Source of the DNA: Dicyema japonicum
Lineage: Eukaryota; Animalia; Dicyemida
Assembly (NCBI GenBank): GCA_011109175.1
Contig: RDEW01000006.1
Span: 359,668-423,667 of the forward strand
DNA length: 64,000 nt
Direction of reading: 5' to 3'
Below, in pieces: positions 49,651-61,449 of the stretch (position 1 is its first letter; each line of letters opens with the position of its first letter). Below the pieces are notes generated by a model. That model was not told the DNA's origin. It ran no database searches and saw nothing but the letters and a program-made list of their open reading frames with translations. A program made the position numbers and the translations under genes.

Positions 49651-50409
49651 GCTTTTTGAATGTCGATCGTACATATGACCGATTTTTCCTGTTTTGGCTT
49701 GTTCTTGTGGTGATCTCAGATCTAGATCACGATTACTACCAAACGGGGTACCCCAGGGGTCTCCACTTTCACCAATTCTATTCAACCTATTCCTACACGA
49801 CCTACCTAATGATGGAGACGAAGATTCCCTGCTATTATCCTACGCAGACGATGTAGTCATTGCAATACGGAACCGCTCGACGCATCCCTTAAAACTCAGA
49901 CAAAATTGAAGACTCTCCACGATTGGATTGTTGGCAATCGAGTTACTTAATGGTTTGTTGCTACTTATTTTATTGGGTGTTAAGTGAACTAAAAAGGAGA
50001 AAGTCGAATCCATACTGCTTTTCTCATTAGAAAGGTTTTAAGGATTTTATAGAGGAGGCAGTTTGGTAGGTTGATGTACTCAAAGATATCGTCATCATTT
50101 TGACTGAAGTGCTTCAAAATGGATGCACTCGGGTCCGATGAGTATGTTGGTAGCTTCTTGAATAATTTATGTAAGGAAGAGCGGAGAGATATGAGTATTC
50201 CGTTTTGTGTTGAATAAACATGTTATAGAGAATGTTGGATTTACTGCTGTAATGTAGTTAATATGTGGCAGGTTTTTGGACGAGGTTGATGGGACGCTTT
50301 GAAGTATCTTTCCGACAATGAAGACGATATCGTGGGAGCATGAGATCGGTAGACTGAAGTTTTAGGCTGAAGAAATCGAACGAAAATGTATAACATTCTA
50401 GAACACCAT

Positions 50410-50540
50410 TAAATTATTATTATCCCAAGATCACTGGGACAAAAAAAAGAAATAAAGTTATTAACTAAGTGATCCTAGACCGACAAGGGAGAGGACTAGT
50501 CCGGCGGGGTCAAGATCCTGCTCATCTGCTGTCCTCAAAG
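50410..50540 (-). mobile_element. Third copy of the 37733-type LINE 3' end
   Basis: gatcactggg..aagtgatcc..gaccgacaa block next to (TAA)n. Confidence 0.8.
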
Positions 50541-50769
50541 CATTAGTCACTGAGATTCGATCAGGTGACAGGATCAAGTGGATCTCAATGGTTGTCAACT
50601 CTGCGAAAAGGAGATTCGGAAGAATCCGTCGAGGTGGATGTAGTCACATCGTCCAGCAATTCAATGCTCGTTTCTCCACTCATAAAAGTGTACTCGGCGG
50701 TAGAAAATTATTGAATGTAAAGCCTAATAAAAAGACTCCCGTAGACCAGAAAAGTCGAGATGCTTTAAT

Positions 50770-53230
50770 CTGATCAGGAGGCTCAGAGAACAACTTACCA
50801 AAATAGAAATTTCCATGTATGGAAGATGCAAAGAAGAATTTTATGTTCAAATTGAGAGTTAAATCAGTTCCGCGATATGGAAGGAAACCCACACAAAAGA
50901 TTCCATGCAAGTTGCTTAAAAAGCATGTTCTTATTACATTAAATGCAGTGATATCAAATTATGTGTCATCATCGCCAACGGACATGAATGAGATAACTGA
51001 CATAATTTTTGCTGCACAATGCGCATTTGAAAATTTGACAAAGAAGGAATCAGTAAACAGCTGTTGGAGGGAAACGTGGAGAAGAGAATTGCAAAATTAA
51101 AAGAAAATTGCGCCTTAGTTCATGGGTTTACTGGAAGCAGTCAAGGAAGAAAGGGAGAAAACGCTTGATGTTTTATGCTCGTTTGGATACAAGAAATCAA
51201 AGAAGGGAGAACTGAAATGGATCTCTACTCTAATTAAAGACAAAATCAAGATCATGGAGATAAAAATCTCAATTCATGAATCAAGAAAATCATTTAGACG
51301 AGATAATTTTTGTTTTGAGCTGAACAAGAGGAGGTTTTATCGAGGCTCAATGATGACGTCAATAACTGTGATTGTAAAGTTACAGAAGATGAGTGCGTGT
51401 CATTTTGGAAAGATGTATTTGAAAAGGACCAGAATTATTCTCACAGAAATTTCGTTGGGAGGCGAATAACAGGAGCAGAGGAGTTACCGTTAGATATGAC
51501 AGTTGAGTTTGTTGAGAATATTATTCACTATACGCCGAATTGAAAAAGCTCTGGCTGTGATGGAGTATATGGATTTTTTGTCAAGAAATTTGATTCTCTT
51601 CATAGTTATCTGAGTGAGAGATGTCAAGATAGTAAATGGTGAATATTGCCGGAAGAATGGTTCTACACTGGGATTACGTACCTCATTCTGAAAAAAGAAG
51701 ACTGCTGTTCTCCGAATGACTTACGACCAATTACATGTATGCCTATATTGTACTAACTTGTCACAAAATGTGTTAATACAAAACTTACGGATTATGTTGA
51801 AGTTTTAATCTTACCTCGGATAATCAGCTTGGAGCAAGAAGGCAGTGCAAGGTGCAAAGTAGCAGGCTTTAATAAATCATTAATACTGAACATGGAAATA
51901 GCTTATTCACAACATGGATTGATGTGAAGAAGGCTTTCGATTCTGTTAGTCATGAATTTTTGTGTCGGGTTCTTGATAGCTCTGGAGTTCCTGAATGGAT
52001 TGTGAAGTTTATCAAGAATCTAATAAGCAAGTGGAATGTTATTTGAACCTTAACAAGAAAGGATTGGAAAGATCAAACTCGAGAGAGGAATCTTGCAAGG
52101 AGAGTCACTCTCTCCTTAGCTGTTTACTATGGTAATGGACCCCCCGAATTATTTAAATATAAACTCCCGAAGATATGTATTGGTCAGAGTGATCCGTCTA
52201 TTGTGACATATGCGACTAACCATTTTCTTTTTATTGACGACCTGAAAATAATTGCCGAATATGAAGATACTATTCTAAAAATGATGGAGGATATTGATGA
52301 ATATCTGGGTGTTGTTGGCCTTAAAAGAAACTTTGAAAAGTTTGCAATTAATCTGAAATGTACCAAAGATACAAGTTATCTGGATGGTTGTGAGGGATAT
52401 CGCTATCTTGGAGTGCTAGAAAATAAAGGGAGTAAGGTTATGAAAGATAAAGCTATGGAAAAAATTGCTGAAAATGTGAAGAATAAAATAGAGATGCTGG
52501 CGAATTCGAAATTAAACGCTGTAAACTTGTTTAAAGCAATAAATGAATACGCATTCTCGCTATATAATTATTATATTGGGCTTATCGACATTGAACCACG
52601 TGAATTCGAAGCTATTGATTTAGAAATCCGGCGTATACTCTCTAACTTACGGGTGCGCTTAAAACCTGCTAACAAAGAAAGATTTTGGAAGAGGATTAAC
52701 CTCAATTTCTGATAAAAGAGAATGCATGCTATTTCAATTTTTGACCGACCTTGAGAGGAGTCTTCGAAGGCTTAAAACAAAGGAAAACACATATGACCAC
52801 TATCGCATGATTTATTGCACTCAAATACAATGTGGATGACCTATCTAACTTGAACACTGAGAATATAAAGGAATATCAAAAGTTGAATTATTTGGAGAAG
52901 ACTAATCAGAAATTGCTTCATTCAATTATATTTAAGTGTTTTGAAAATATGAATGTCGAATGGATCAACAGAATGGCTTACTGGGGGAAACAATAGTCCA
53001 AGGTCGGATGCAATGTACTGCATGATACAGGATCGGAATCTGTTCTTTGAAGAGATGAAAGCAAATTGCAGTCATTGTGGTATGGCCAAAAAGAGTGTGG
53101 ATCACCTGGCTACACGATGTACCAGGATGCTTAGCGTATATGTGGCGACATAACGAAGTTGTAAGATGCAACTATGTCTGCTTGTAAGATGCAACTTTCT
53201 CAAGTGGTATACGAGGGGAACAGTGAGTGA
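50770..53230 (+). mobile_element. Long NeSL/R4-like RLE LINE, frameshifted
   Basis: PN.K..G.DG, DLRPITC, WIDVKKAFDSV, RGILQGESLSP, NHFLFIDDLK, YRYLGVLE, MIQDRNLFF..CSHCG..VDHLATRC. Confidence 0.9.
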
Positions 53231-53349
53231 AACAAAGGGCCAATGCCCAAGAAGGAGAAGAATTTAGCTTGCACATTGTTAATTAATTGTACAAAAAGGA
53301 AGAAATTGTACAAAAAGACGCTGTCATGACCCGAAAAGTTCCCATCCAG

Positions 53350-53850
53350 TTTTAAAAATTGTAGATCAAACGCCAACAAAATTATACCTAAAATGATGGC
53401 AAATTTTCAATTGGTAATTTCGAAATTAATCAAATCATTTAGAAATTAACGAAATTCTTAATCATCAATACATCAAACTCACAATTATGAACACTAATCG
53501 ATTATGTCGAAAAATGTAAGAAATAGAACGATGATAGAAGCTTAAGATGGTCGGCAATATCTCAATAGGTGATTTCAACATTAATCAAATCAATTCGAAA
53601 ATAACAAAGTTCTTAATTTACTATCAATACATAAATTTCCAAATTTTTGAAATGAATGGTTGTAGTCGAAAAATGTAAGCAATAGATCGGTGATAGATAC
53701 TTAAAATGGTCGGCAAATTTTCAAATTGGTGATTTCGACATTAATCAACTCAACTAGAAATTAACGAAGTTCTTTATTTGGTATCAATACATAATAGTCC
53801 AAATTATTAACATGAATGGTTGTAGTCGAAAAATGTTAGTAATAGATCGA
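53350..53850. repeat. Degenerate tandem repeat, about 160-nt unit, about 3 copies
   Basis: gtcgaaaaatgt anchors at 53506, 53665, 53825. Confidence 0.85.
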
Positions 53851-53904
53851 TACAAAAGAAAGAAATAAAAACCCTATCAGAGATACCAAGTTTTACAATC
53901 CAAT

Positions 53905-55575
53905 TTAATGGAGGAGAACGAAATTTCATAAGAACTGCGTCATTATTCAGACTAATAGACTCATTGCAGCTCAACTATTTTTTTCAAAGCAAGTGGAATT
54001 TTATTGCACGTGTTCGCTGTGGAAGAAGATAAACAGAAAAAGATATTTATTGAAAATGTTCACCTCAAAAATAGACATCCTGGTCGTGATAGACTTCTTT
54101 CTCTTCTAAAGAATCTATTCTATTGATCTTGCAGAGATGAAGTTATGGTTGTTCTCAGGTTTTGTTCACAATGTCTGACAAGACGGCTTGTGTAACACCT
54201 ATCAGAGCATATACATTGAGAGAAAAGTAATAGTTAACTATTGTAATTTCAGATATATTTTTGATTTAGTTGATCTGGAAGAAACTTGTTCATGAGATCT
54301 CCAAAGGTCGGACACGACTTAATTAGACAACATAACATGATTTACGATGCTACTCAAATTTCAATGAAAATTTTCGCTGGCTTTCAGTTGGGTTGATTCT
54401 TTTCCAAATTTTGCTGGACAAGACCTCTTAAGAGTAAATCGGCTACGGAGGTGTCAAGTGGAATAAAGAGCATAATTTTAATGTTTGGAAAACCGACCAT
54501 TTTGCACACGGACAATGGCAAGGAATTTGTAAATGAAAAAATGTTCTAGTTATGCTCAACATATGGTATAAAACACGTCACGGTACGTCCTAGGTGTCCT
54601 TGGGTGCAGGGACAAGTCGAGCGTCTGAATCTGACATTGAAATTTATGATTTCTTCAACCTGCTTTTCAAAGAATTTGAATTTCAAATGGAAAGACATAA
54701 TTGAAAAAATTACAAGTTCCTATAATTTTGTTTAGCGTTCAACAACTATGCACGCTCTTTTTAAATTGATGTTCGGAGCTTCTGCCAATGAAACCATAAA
54801 TAATCATTACTCAGAAGAGGAAATGAATGAAATATTAATGCAAATTGATTCATGGAATGAAGAAACACAAACTGAAGAAACTGAATATCTCGCATGGTTT
54901 TGGTCATCAAGTGAAACTTCGAGAACAAAAACAATTTTAAATTCAAACAACGGTGAAAGAAAAATTTTAACAAAAGGAATGTGGAAGAATTATATTTATA
55001 TTTTTAACATCGGTGATCGAGTTGTTAGAAGGGTCAATCTTGATAATAATGAAAAAACACAAAAAATTGGCTTAAACGAACACATTGATACATTCATATA
55101 TCATGTTAAAAGAGTATCTGCCACAGGAATGATTGATCTAGGAGAAGATTGTAGTGTGATTCAAGAAAATAGTAGAGATTTAGCAAAGCTAGAATAATTT
55201 TACAATATAAATTTCTTAATTTTTTCTAATAAAATCAGTTATTATTATTTTGATCATTTATAATATCACGTTGAGATCATTTATAATATTATTAGAGTTA
55301 GGAGTTCTTAAGCTTTCAGCTTTGCATTAGAGTTAGGAAAACTTAGGGATATATATTAGAGTTATACAACAACAGAACGTAAGAAAACTATCAATTTGAC
55401 GAAACACAGCTGAAACACACAATTTGAATAGCAAAAATCACCAATGTAACTAAGAAAAAAAGTATCCATTAAGTCTGGGGTGTCTAACTTATTTCCCTTT
55501 GAGGGCCGCATTGAGAAGCTGATAGTCGGCTCGATATACTGGTTGTAGAGATGCTCCAATGCAGAGTTGTAAGAT
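53905..55575 (+). mobile_element. Ginger-like transposase (same family as 27206-32165), with intron and captured LINE fragment
   Basis: HLKNRHPGRD..CSQC zinc finger; 26-nt intron 54227-54252 restores TLREKYIFDLVDL; ILHTDNGKEF, QGQVERLN; C-terminus 54748-55197. Confidence 0.85.
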
Positions 55576-55579
55576 CTTC

Positions 55580-56260
55580 TGTAATGTCCAATTTAAAAAA
55601 TATAGAAACTAATTTGACACTGCCAAACTCAATTGTTAACGTAAACCACATGTCACTCATCAAGAAACGAGATGCGCTGAAGAGGAATAGAACACAGACT
55701 AATAACTCCTTCTACTCCATACGTTCACTGAATACCAAATTATCTGAGCTTACCCGACTCAAATGGAACCGCCTAGTTGAATGACTATGTCACAAAAACT
55801 CTTGTGCGACATTTTGGAAAACACTAAAAGGATCAATAGCACTATCAATGAGGAGAACCGCGGAGCTGAGGCCGTTACCCGTAACGCTTCGGAACCCGCA
55901 CGTAAACTCTCAAACATGATTCTGAAGTACTACGTATCGATCAGCCAAAAAAGTTTTTTTCGTTCTACACTTGTTGAACGACTCCGGCCACAACAAGAAC
56001 CATATTCCACTTTCTAACCCCCGATAATGTTGAAAATACTATTAAATTGCTACGTCCCACTCGTACTTGTGGTCCCGACGGTATTTGCACTATTCACCTC
56101 AAACATCTTGAACTTCAGGCACTATCAAGACTGTACAACGACTCTATCAACTACCATACGCTACCTATTAAATGGAAAAATTCCCTGATTACGCCATTCC
56201 TAAAGCACAGAAAACCAAAAGACGTTCTCTCTTCTTACCGCCCCAAATGTACAAGAATAT
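55580..56260 (+). mobile_element. ingi/Vingi-like RT fragment
   Basis: TCGPDGICTIHLKHL, KWKNSLITPFLK, SSYRP. Confidence 0.7.
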
Positions 56261-57699
56261 TCTTGGTAGGCAAGAATCTTTTCTTCAGCTCGATTTTGGT
56301 AGGATTTATTGTTTATCTATGTTCAATTGTTGGTAGGATTTATTGCTTGTCCAATAATAATTCAAGATGAGGGAGAATATTGGTGATATACCAACGGTCT
56401 TGAGGATCCCCATCTTTTTTTACGAGGAATAATTTTCTGAATGATTAATTTTTCCAGTGCTAGCGAGAGTCCACAGAGGATTGACACTAGACGGTAAAAC
56501 CGCGGGTCGGCTGAGATTTGCTTCGTTTTGGGGTCGGCCGTATCAGGGATTTCTTCCATAATGTAGGAATTTCATTTCTATTAACCGAGTGGTTAAAAAT
56601 TTCGGGCGTGACTCGATAGCAAATGGTCCCAAGTGTTTCTATTTGGCTGTAGAAATATTATTCTTTTCTCTGGATACTGTATTCTTTTCTGTATTTGAAC
56701 GGAGAACACCTTCATTGTCGTAAAATATTCATTATTACATCATATTTAATAAAACCAAGGTCTCTGATGGATGATGTGAACACAATGGAACCCATAAACT
56801 AATTCTTTTTCCAAGTGAATCGAAACACTACGGACAAAGGTTTGCATTCCATTACCATTTTTTTGAATACATCAATTTTGGAAAATCAATTACAGGATCA
56901 GTGTCTTGCAAATCAGGATGAATGATATGTGCCTTTCCAAAAGCGACACGACAATCATTAACGTAAATACCGGAGACTTTAAAGCAAAAGTTGGGATACA
57001 ACGTGTTGGAGAGGAATCGTTCATCGACAGACATGGGTAGAGACACACTCCGGGAACACTACTGGCCATTTTCTGTCAAATGAATGACCTCTTCTTCTGA
57101 AACACTAGCTTTATGCATTTAGGTCGCTACAGGAGCACATGGACTAGTCATGGAAACAACTTGGAAAACGAAATTGTCAATATATTCAAAGTGACTACAT
57201 CATTTGTCTGACTAAAGACAAACCCCTACTACATGATGCCCGTTCTTACGGAGGGTTGAAGATAACTAGTGCCCATAAATTGGTTATTGACAAGTTCTGC
57301 CAAAAGAAATAATACATTGACAGAAAGAACCCAGACCTAAACAAAGTACCTATTAGTTGGCTCTCATTAGAAAGAACCCGGACCTAGCAAATTCATATAT
57401 TACTGAGAAGCTCTGGTCTCTGCTGCTGGTGGAAATAAATAACCAAAAGCATATTAAGAGCCGACTAAATACACGAATAATATGAATATAAATGACGTAT
57501 GTGACCAGAATTGAAGCATTATTTCTCTTGCTGCAAAAACACATCATGGAGTGAGACAACCAGTTAACAGATCGAATTGATCGTATCTCATTTTGAAAGA
57601 CCGCTTAAAGCGAACGGTCATGAACTGGCCTCTTTAATTTGAGAACGCGAATGCTGGAAACAATTATCACTTTTAAAAAAGTTCAGAGTGCGTGTAGCA

Positions 57700-58550
57700 A
57701 TCTAAAGAATCAAATGAGCACTGGACAGATAGCATCTCCCTGAAACAGCTGAAAATGGATTTTTTCCACCTCGCGTGTACAAAGCTATCCCAAACAGCAG
57801 CGAGCACATTGTAGTATGGCACTGCCAGCCATGCCTTGGCCTATGGATGGAGGTTCTTCGTGCCCGCGTCACTGCTAATTCTCCCGTTAATTACCTTTCA
57901 ACCACGGACCCCGAAACATTCTTACGCCTCATTTCTGAGTTACGTTCTTTACGGACTATCCTTGTGAAGATCCCCAAGACCATAAAACCTGTCGCTGCAG
58001 AAGCCTATTCAAGAATAACGCAGGAGTAACGTAGCACAGGATCGATTTGGGCACAATAAGGAGTCTCTCAAACCACCATGAGGACCAATATCGTTCTTTT
58101 ATGGGAAGAATCTACATCCCCAGTTGCCCCACAGCTTCTAACCTTACGCAAGAGATACATGGCCTAGGATGTCGAAGTGCTTTGTCTCAAGAGAACTGTT
58201 AGGTCGAAGTTATTCAATTGTGCTACCCACGCAATATCAAGTAACTTTCTTCAAGTAGACCGAGAAAACCGACTCCCAACGTCTAATATATTTTACTGAA
58301 CAAACCTTTTCTGCCTAAGCCCTGGGAGTTGGTATTACGAATTAAATTACTTCACCTGTGAACAGTACTACTATCTGGAGTACTTTCCGAAGTTATCCGC
58401 CATGTTCTATTCTCCGCCAATTTAATTGCAATCAGAAGGCTGGCTGCTAAGACATTAATTCCACACAATTCCACAATCTTAAGTAAAAGTTAGTGTCTGT
58501 GTTCGCCTGGAATGCGAGGCTGCTGTCCATTCAGTGAGAAGATTCCTTAA
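57700..58550 (+). mobile_element. Degraded CRE-like copy
   Basis: Closely parallels 5350-6250 (WHCQ, FLRLISELRS, IPKTIKPVAAEAYS). Confidence 0.8.
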
Positions 58551-58967
58551 TATTTTATTTGATTTTTACCATCGAAGTCAGCAGATAACATCTGAATCAT
58601 TTGAATTTTCTTTTCATTGGTGACAAAATATTTAAGGACAGGAACACCGGACAAATGAGGGATTTGATGGAACGGGAAATCATTTATATAAAGATGGACT
58701 ATAACATAGAATTTTTTTTAAAAAAGGTTAAATATTCATAATTCGTTCACAATGAATGGAAAATGAAAAAAATATTAATTCTTAAATCTTAAATACAATC
58801 TTGGGGTTATTTTAATCATTATCCTATTCAAGATTGCTTGTATCAATCGACGACTATATAAATCTATGATTGCTTTGCTTCTGATAATAACTATAAATAA
58901 CAATTATGAAATTACAAATATTTAAGATTTTTCGATATATATAATCAAGTGATTCTGCATCATTCAA

Positions 58968-59794
58968 ATGATAATCGCCTGGCGTATTTTATTTTTAACT
59001 GGATACGGAAGTAAATATTTATAAGTAACTTTAGGTTTCAGACATACAGATAATCTCGTTGAATTTAGGAGTGAAATAATTACAAATGGTTCATTAATGA
59101 TTATTTTTAGAAACAAAAATTCCAACATATTCACTTGGTTAAAATTAATTATTATTTTGAGAACCTACGACGCCACGATATTCTAATGGTTTGATTAATG
59201 ATTATTTGAGAATCTTTTATAATCTCTCAAATGGAGTGGGTAAGAAAATTATTATCACTTGGTTCAATCTAAGATTATATTTAAGTTCCCGTTATGGGTT
59301 CTGTTGCGAATGATGTAATTAGAAATAATTTGCGAGCACATTCAAATGTTTAATTAATTATTATGTTGAGAATCAACACCAGCAAATTTAAACGGTTCAT
59401 TAATAATTATTTTAAGAACCGACAACGGCAACAAATTCAAATGGTTTAATAAATAATTATTTTAAGAATCTTTACAAATTTCTCAAATGGAAGATTTATG
59501 GAAAAGAATCTCAGATGGTTTACTCTAAGATTATACTTAAGTACACTATATAAACCGTGATACGAATGATGTAATTAGGATTATTTTGCCAGCACATTTG
59601 AATGGTTCATTAATGGTTATTTTAAGAACCGACTACGCCAGCATATTCTTATGGTTCATTAATGATTATTTTAAGAACCGACGAGGCCAGCATATTCTAA
59701 TGGTTCATTAATGATTATTTTAAGAAACGACAATTCCAGCATATTCTAATGGTTCATTAATGATTATTTTAAAATTCGACGATTGAAACAAATA
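58968..59794 (+). pseudogene. Micro-exon gene: at least 13 exons (internal exons 24-63 nt), all phase 1, 22-24-nt introns; secreted Thr/Pro/Ser/Asn-rich repeat protein
   Basis: Exons 58968-59010, 59035-59088, 59111-59137, 59162-59188, 59211-59261, 59286-59348, 59371-59394, 59417-59443, 59467-59517, 59542-59604, 59627-59653, 59676-59702, 59725-59751; all internal lengths divisible by 3, no stops; donor after exon 6 lacks one G; intron 59752-59773 ends AA. Confidence 0.88.
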
Positions 59795-61449
59795 GTTATT
59801 CTTGACTATCCAAGATATTTAATTAGTTTAATTCTGCGGTTTTTGATGGGTAAAAATTTGTTTCTTTATTAGCAACATACAATTAAATATTTGAATATTT
59901 AGATATGTTCCTTTTTGTATTATTTTTCCAATCATATTGTTAAACACATTAGGCAAGGTTTCTTGCATTTGTAATTTTATGATCTGAGACAACCACATAC
60001 TTTCTCTATTGCTAAACGATTGAGGAAAATGTCAACTAAAGCTGAAGATAGGAAACGATGGTTCTTACAAAATGAGGTAAATTTGAATTTTTATAAAATC
60101 GAATATTTTCTCATTTGAATTTTAAATCCATTTAGGTATCTCATTCCAATATACATAAGAACGGGTAACCTTTTCTCTGTCGGCCTTAGAGATCTGCAAA
60201 AACCAAATACACCTGTCGGATCTCTGGGAGCGTCCACTCTTGGCTGTTAAGTACTTGTTAGATTAAGAGAAATCAGGAGTAAATAAATTAGAACTGTGAC
60301 TTGATTCCCAGCATTAAAATCTAATTAACCTATATTTAATTCCTACGGTCGGAATGAGGCTTCAAATATACGATTGTAAGAACTCGTTAGTCGAGTAGAG
60401 AAGAGATATATCCTTTTTAATGCAGCCCAGTCCCGGGGGTTTCACAAGATGGTCAGTATTGAACTATACTATAATTTCTGTCTTTTAGCATTTTTACGAA
60501 GGAGGCGATTTTTCACAAGTTGTCCCAAAAATGAGACAAAAATGATTTTTTGATATAAAAACAAATTAGGAACCTAGAAGGATTTATCCCCGATTAGACT
60601 ACGTTGAAAATACACTTGATCTCGCAAATAGGCCATATGTGGTTCCTTAGATTTTTGTGGCAATTTAAAAAAAGTAAAATCAATAATTTTGATTAAATAA
60701 TAATGAACAAAAAATGTATATTAGTTTTATTAAAATAAAATGTAATTCCTAATAGTTTTTTCTTTCCTTCAATAATACTTGCTTTGTACTTTCTTTTTGA
60801 AAAAAGTGAAACATCATGTTCATTCTCAAAATTGGCTAAGAGTTCCCTATTTATTGCAGTTAATTTAACTGAAAAATCGATTCAGTCTTTATGTCTTGTT
60901 TTTTGAGATTCTTGTTCACTAATTTTCAATAATGTTTCAATTTCCGTGTATTCAATATGTAAAAAATCCTCAACTTTGAGATGATCGAAAATGTCTGTTC
61001 TTCTGATTTATGCATCATTATTATCAATTTCAAGAATTTCGTTAGTGGAGTTTTAAAAAACTTTGAAACAATTCCTGATCTTCTCTTCAGATACGTCTGT
61101 CTTCCCAAGCCATTTTTGTAAAAAAGACCGTTCCTTAAATTCAATTTCTTGTAAGAATTATAGATCAAAATATTTTGAGTTTCCAATAATTTTGATTTCA
61201 TGACTGGCATCCTCTTTCTGACTCCGATAATCAACTAGTCTTACCAATACAACACGTTAGAGACCACAACCGATCTTCATGAAGATAAAACACTAACATT
61301 TTAACAAATGCATCTCCCAACAATAATTATCTATGACCTCTACAATTGGTAAAGCCTCAACCAATACGTATGTTATGTAATTAGAAGTTCATCGTTGACC
61401 AACCAAATGGTTCACCTCATTGAAACCCACATCATTATTATCAATTTCA

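Noticed and set aside
59586-59773. Regular repeat with short variable segments, superficially CRISPR-like
   Set aside because: Variable parts are only a few nt, there are no cas genes, and the unit resolves exactly into GT-AG introns and in-frame exons
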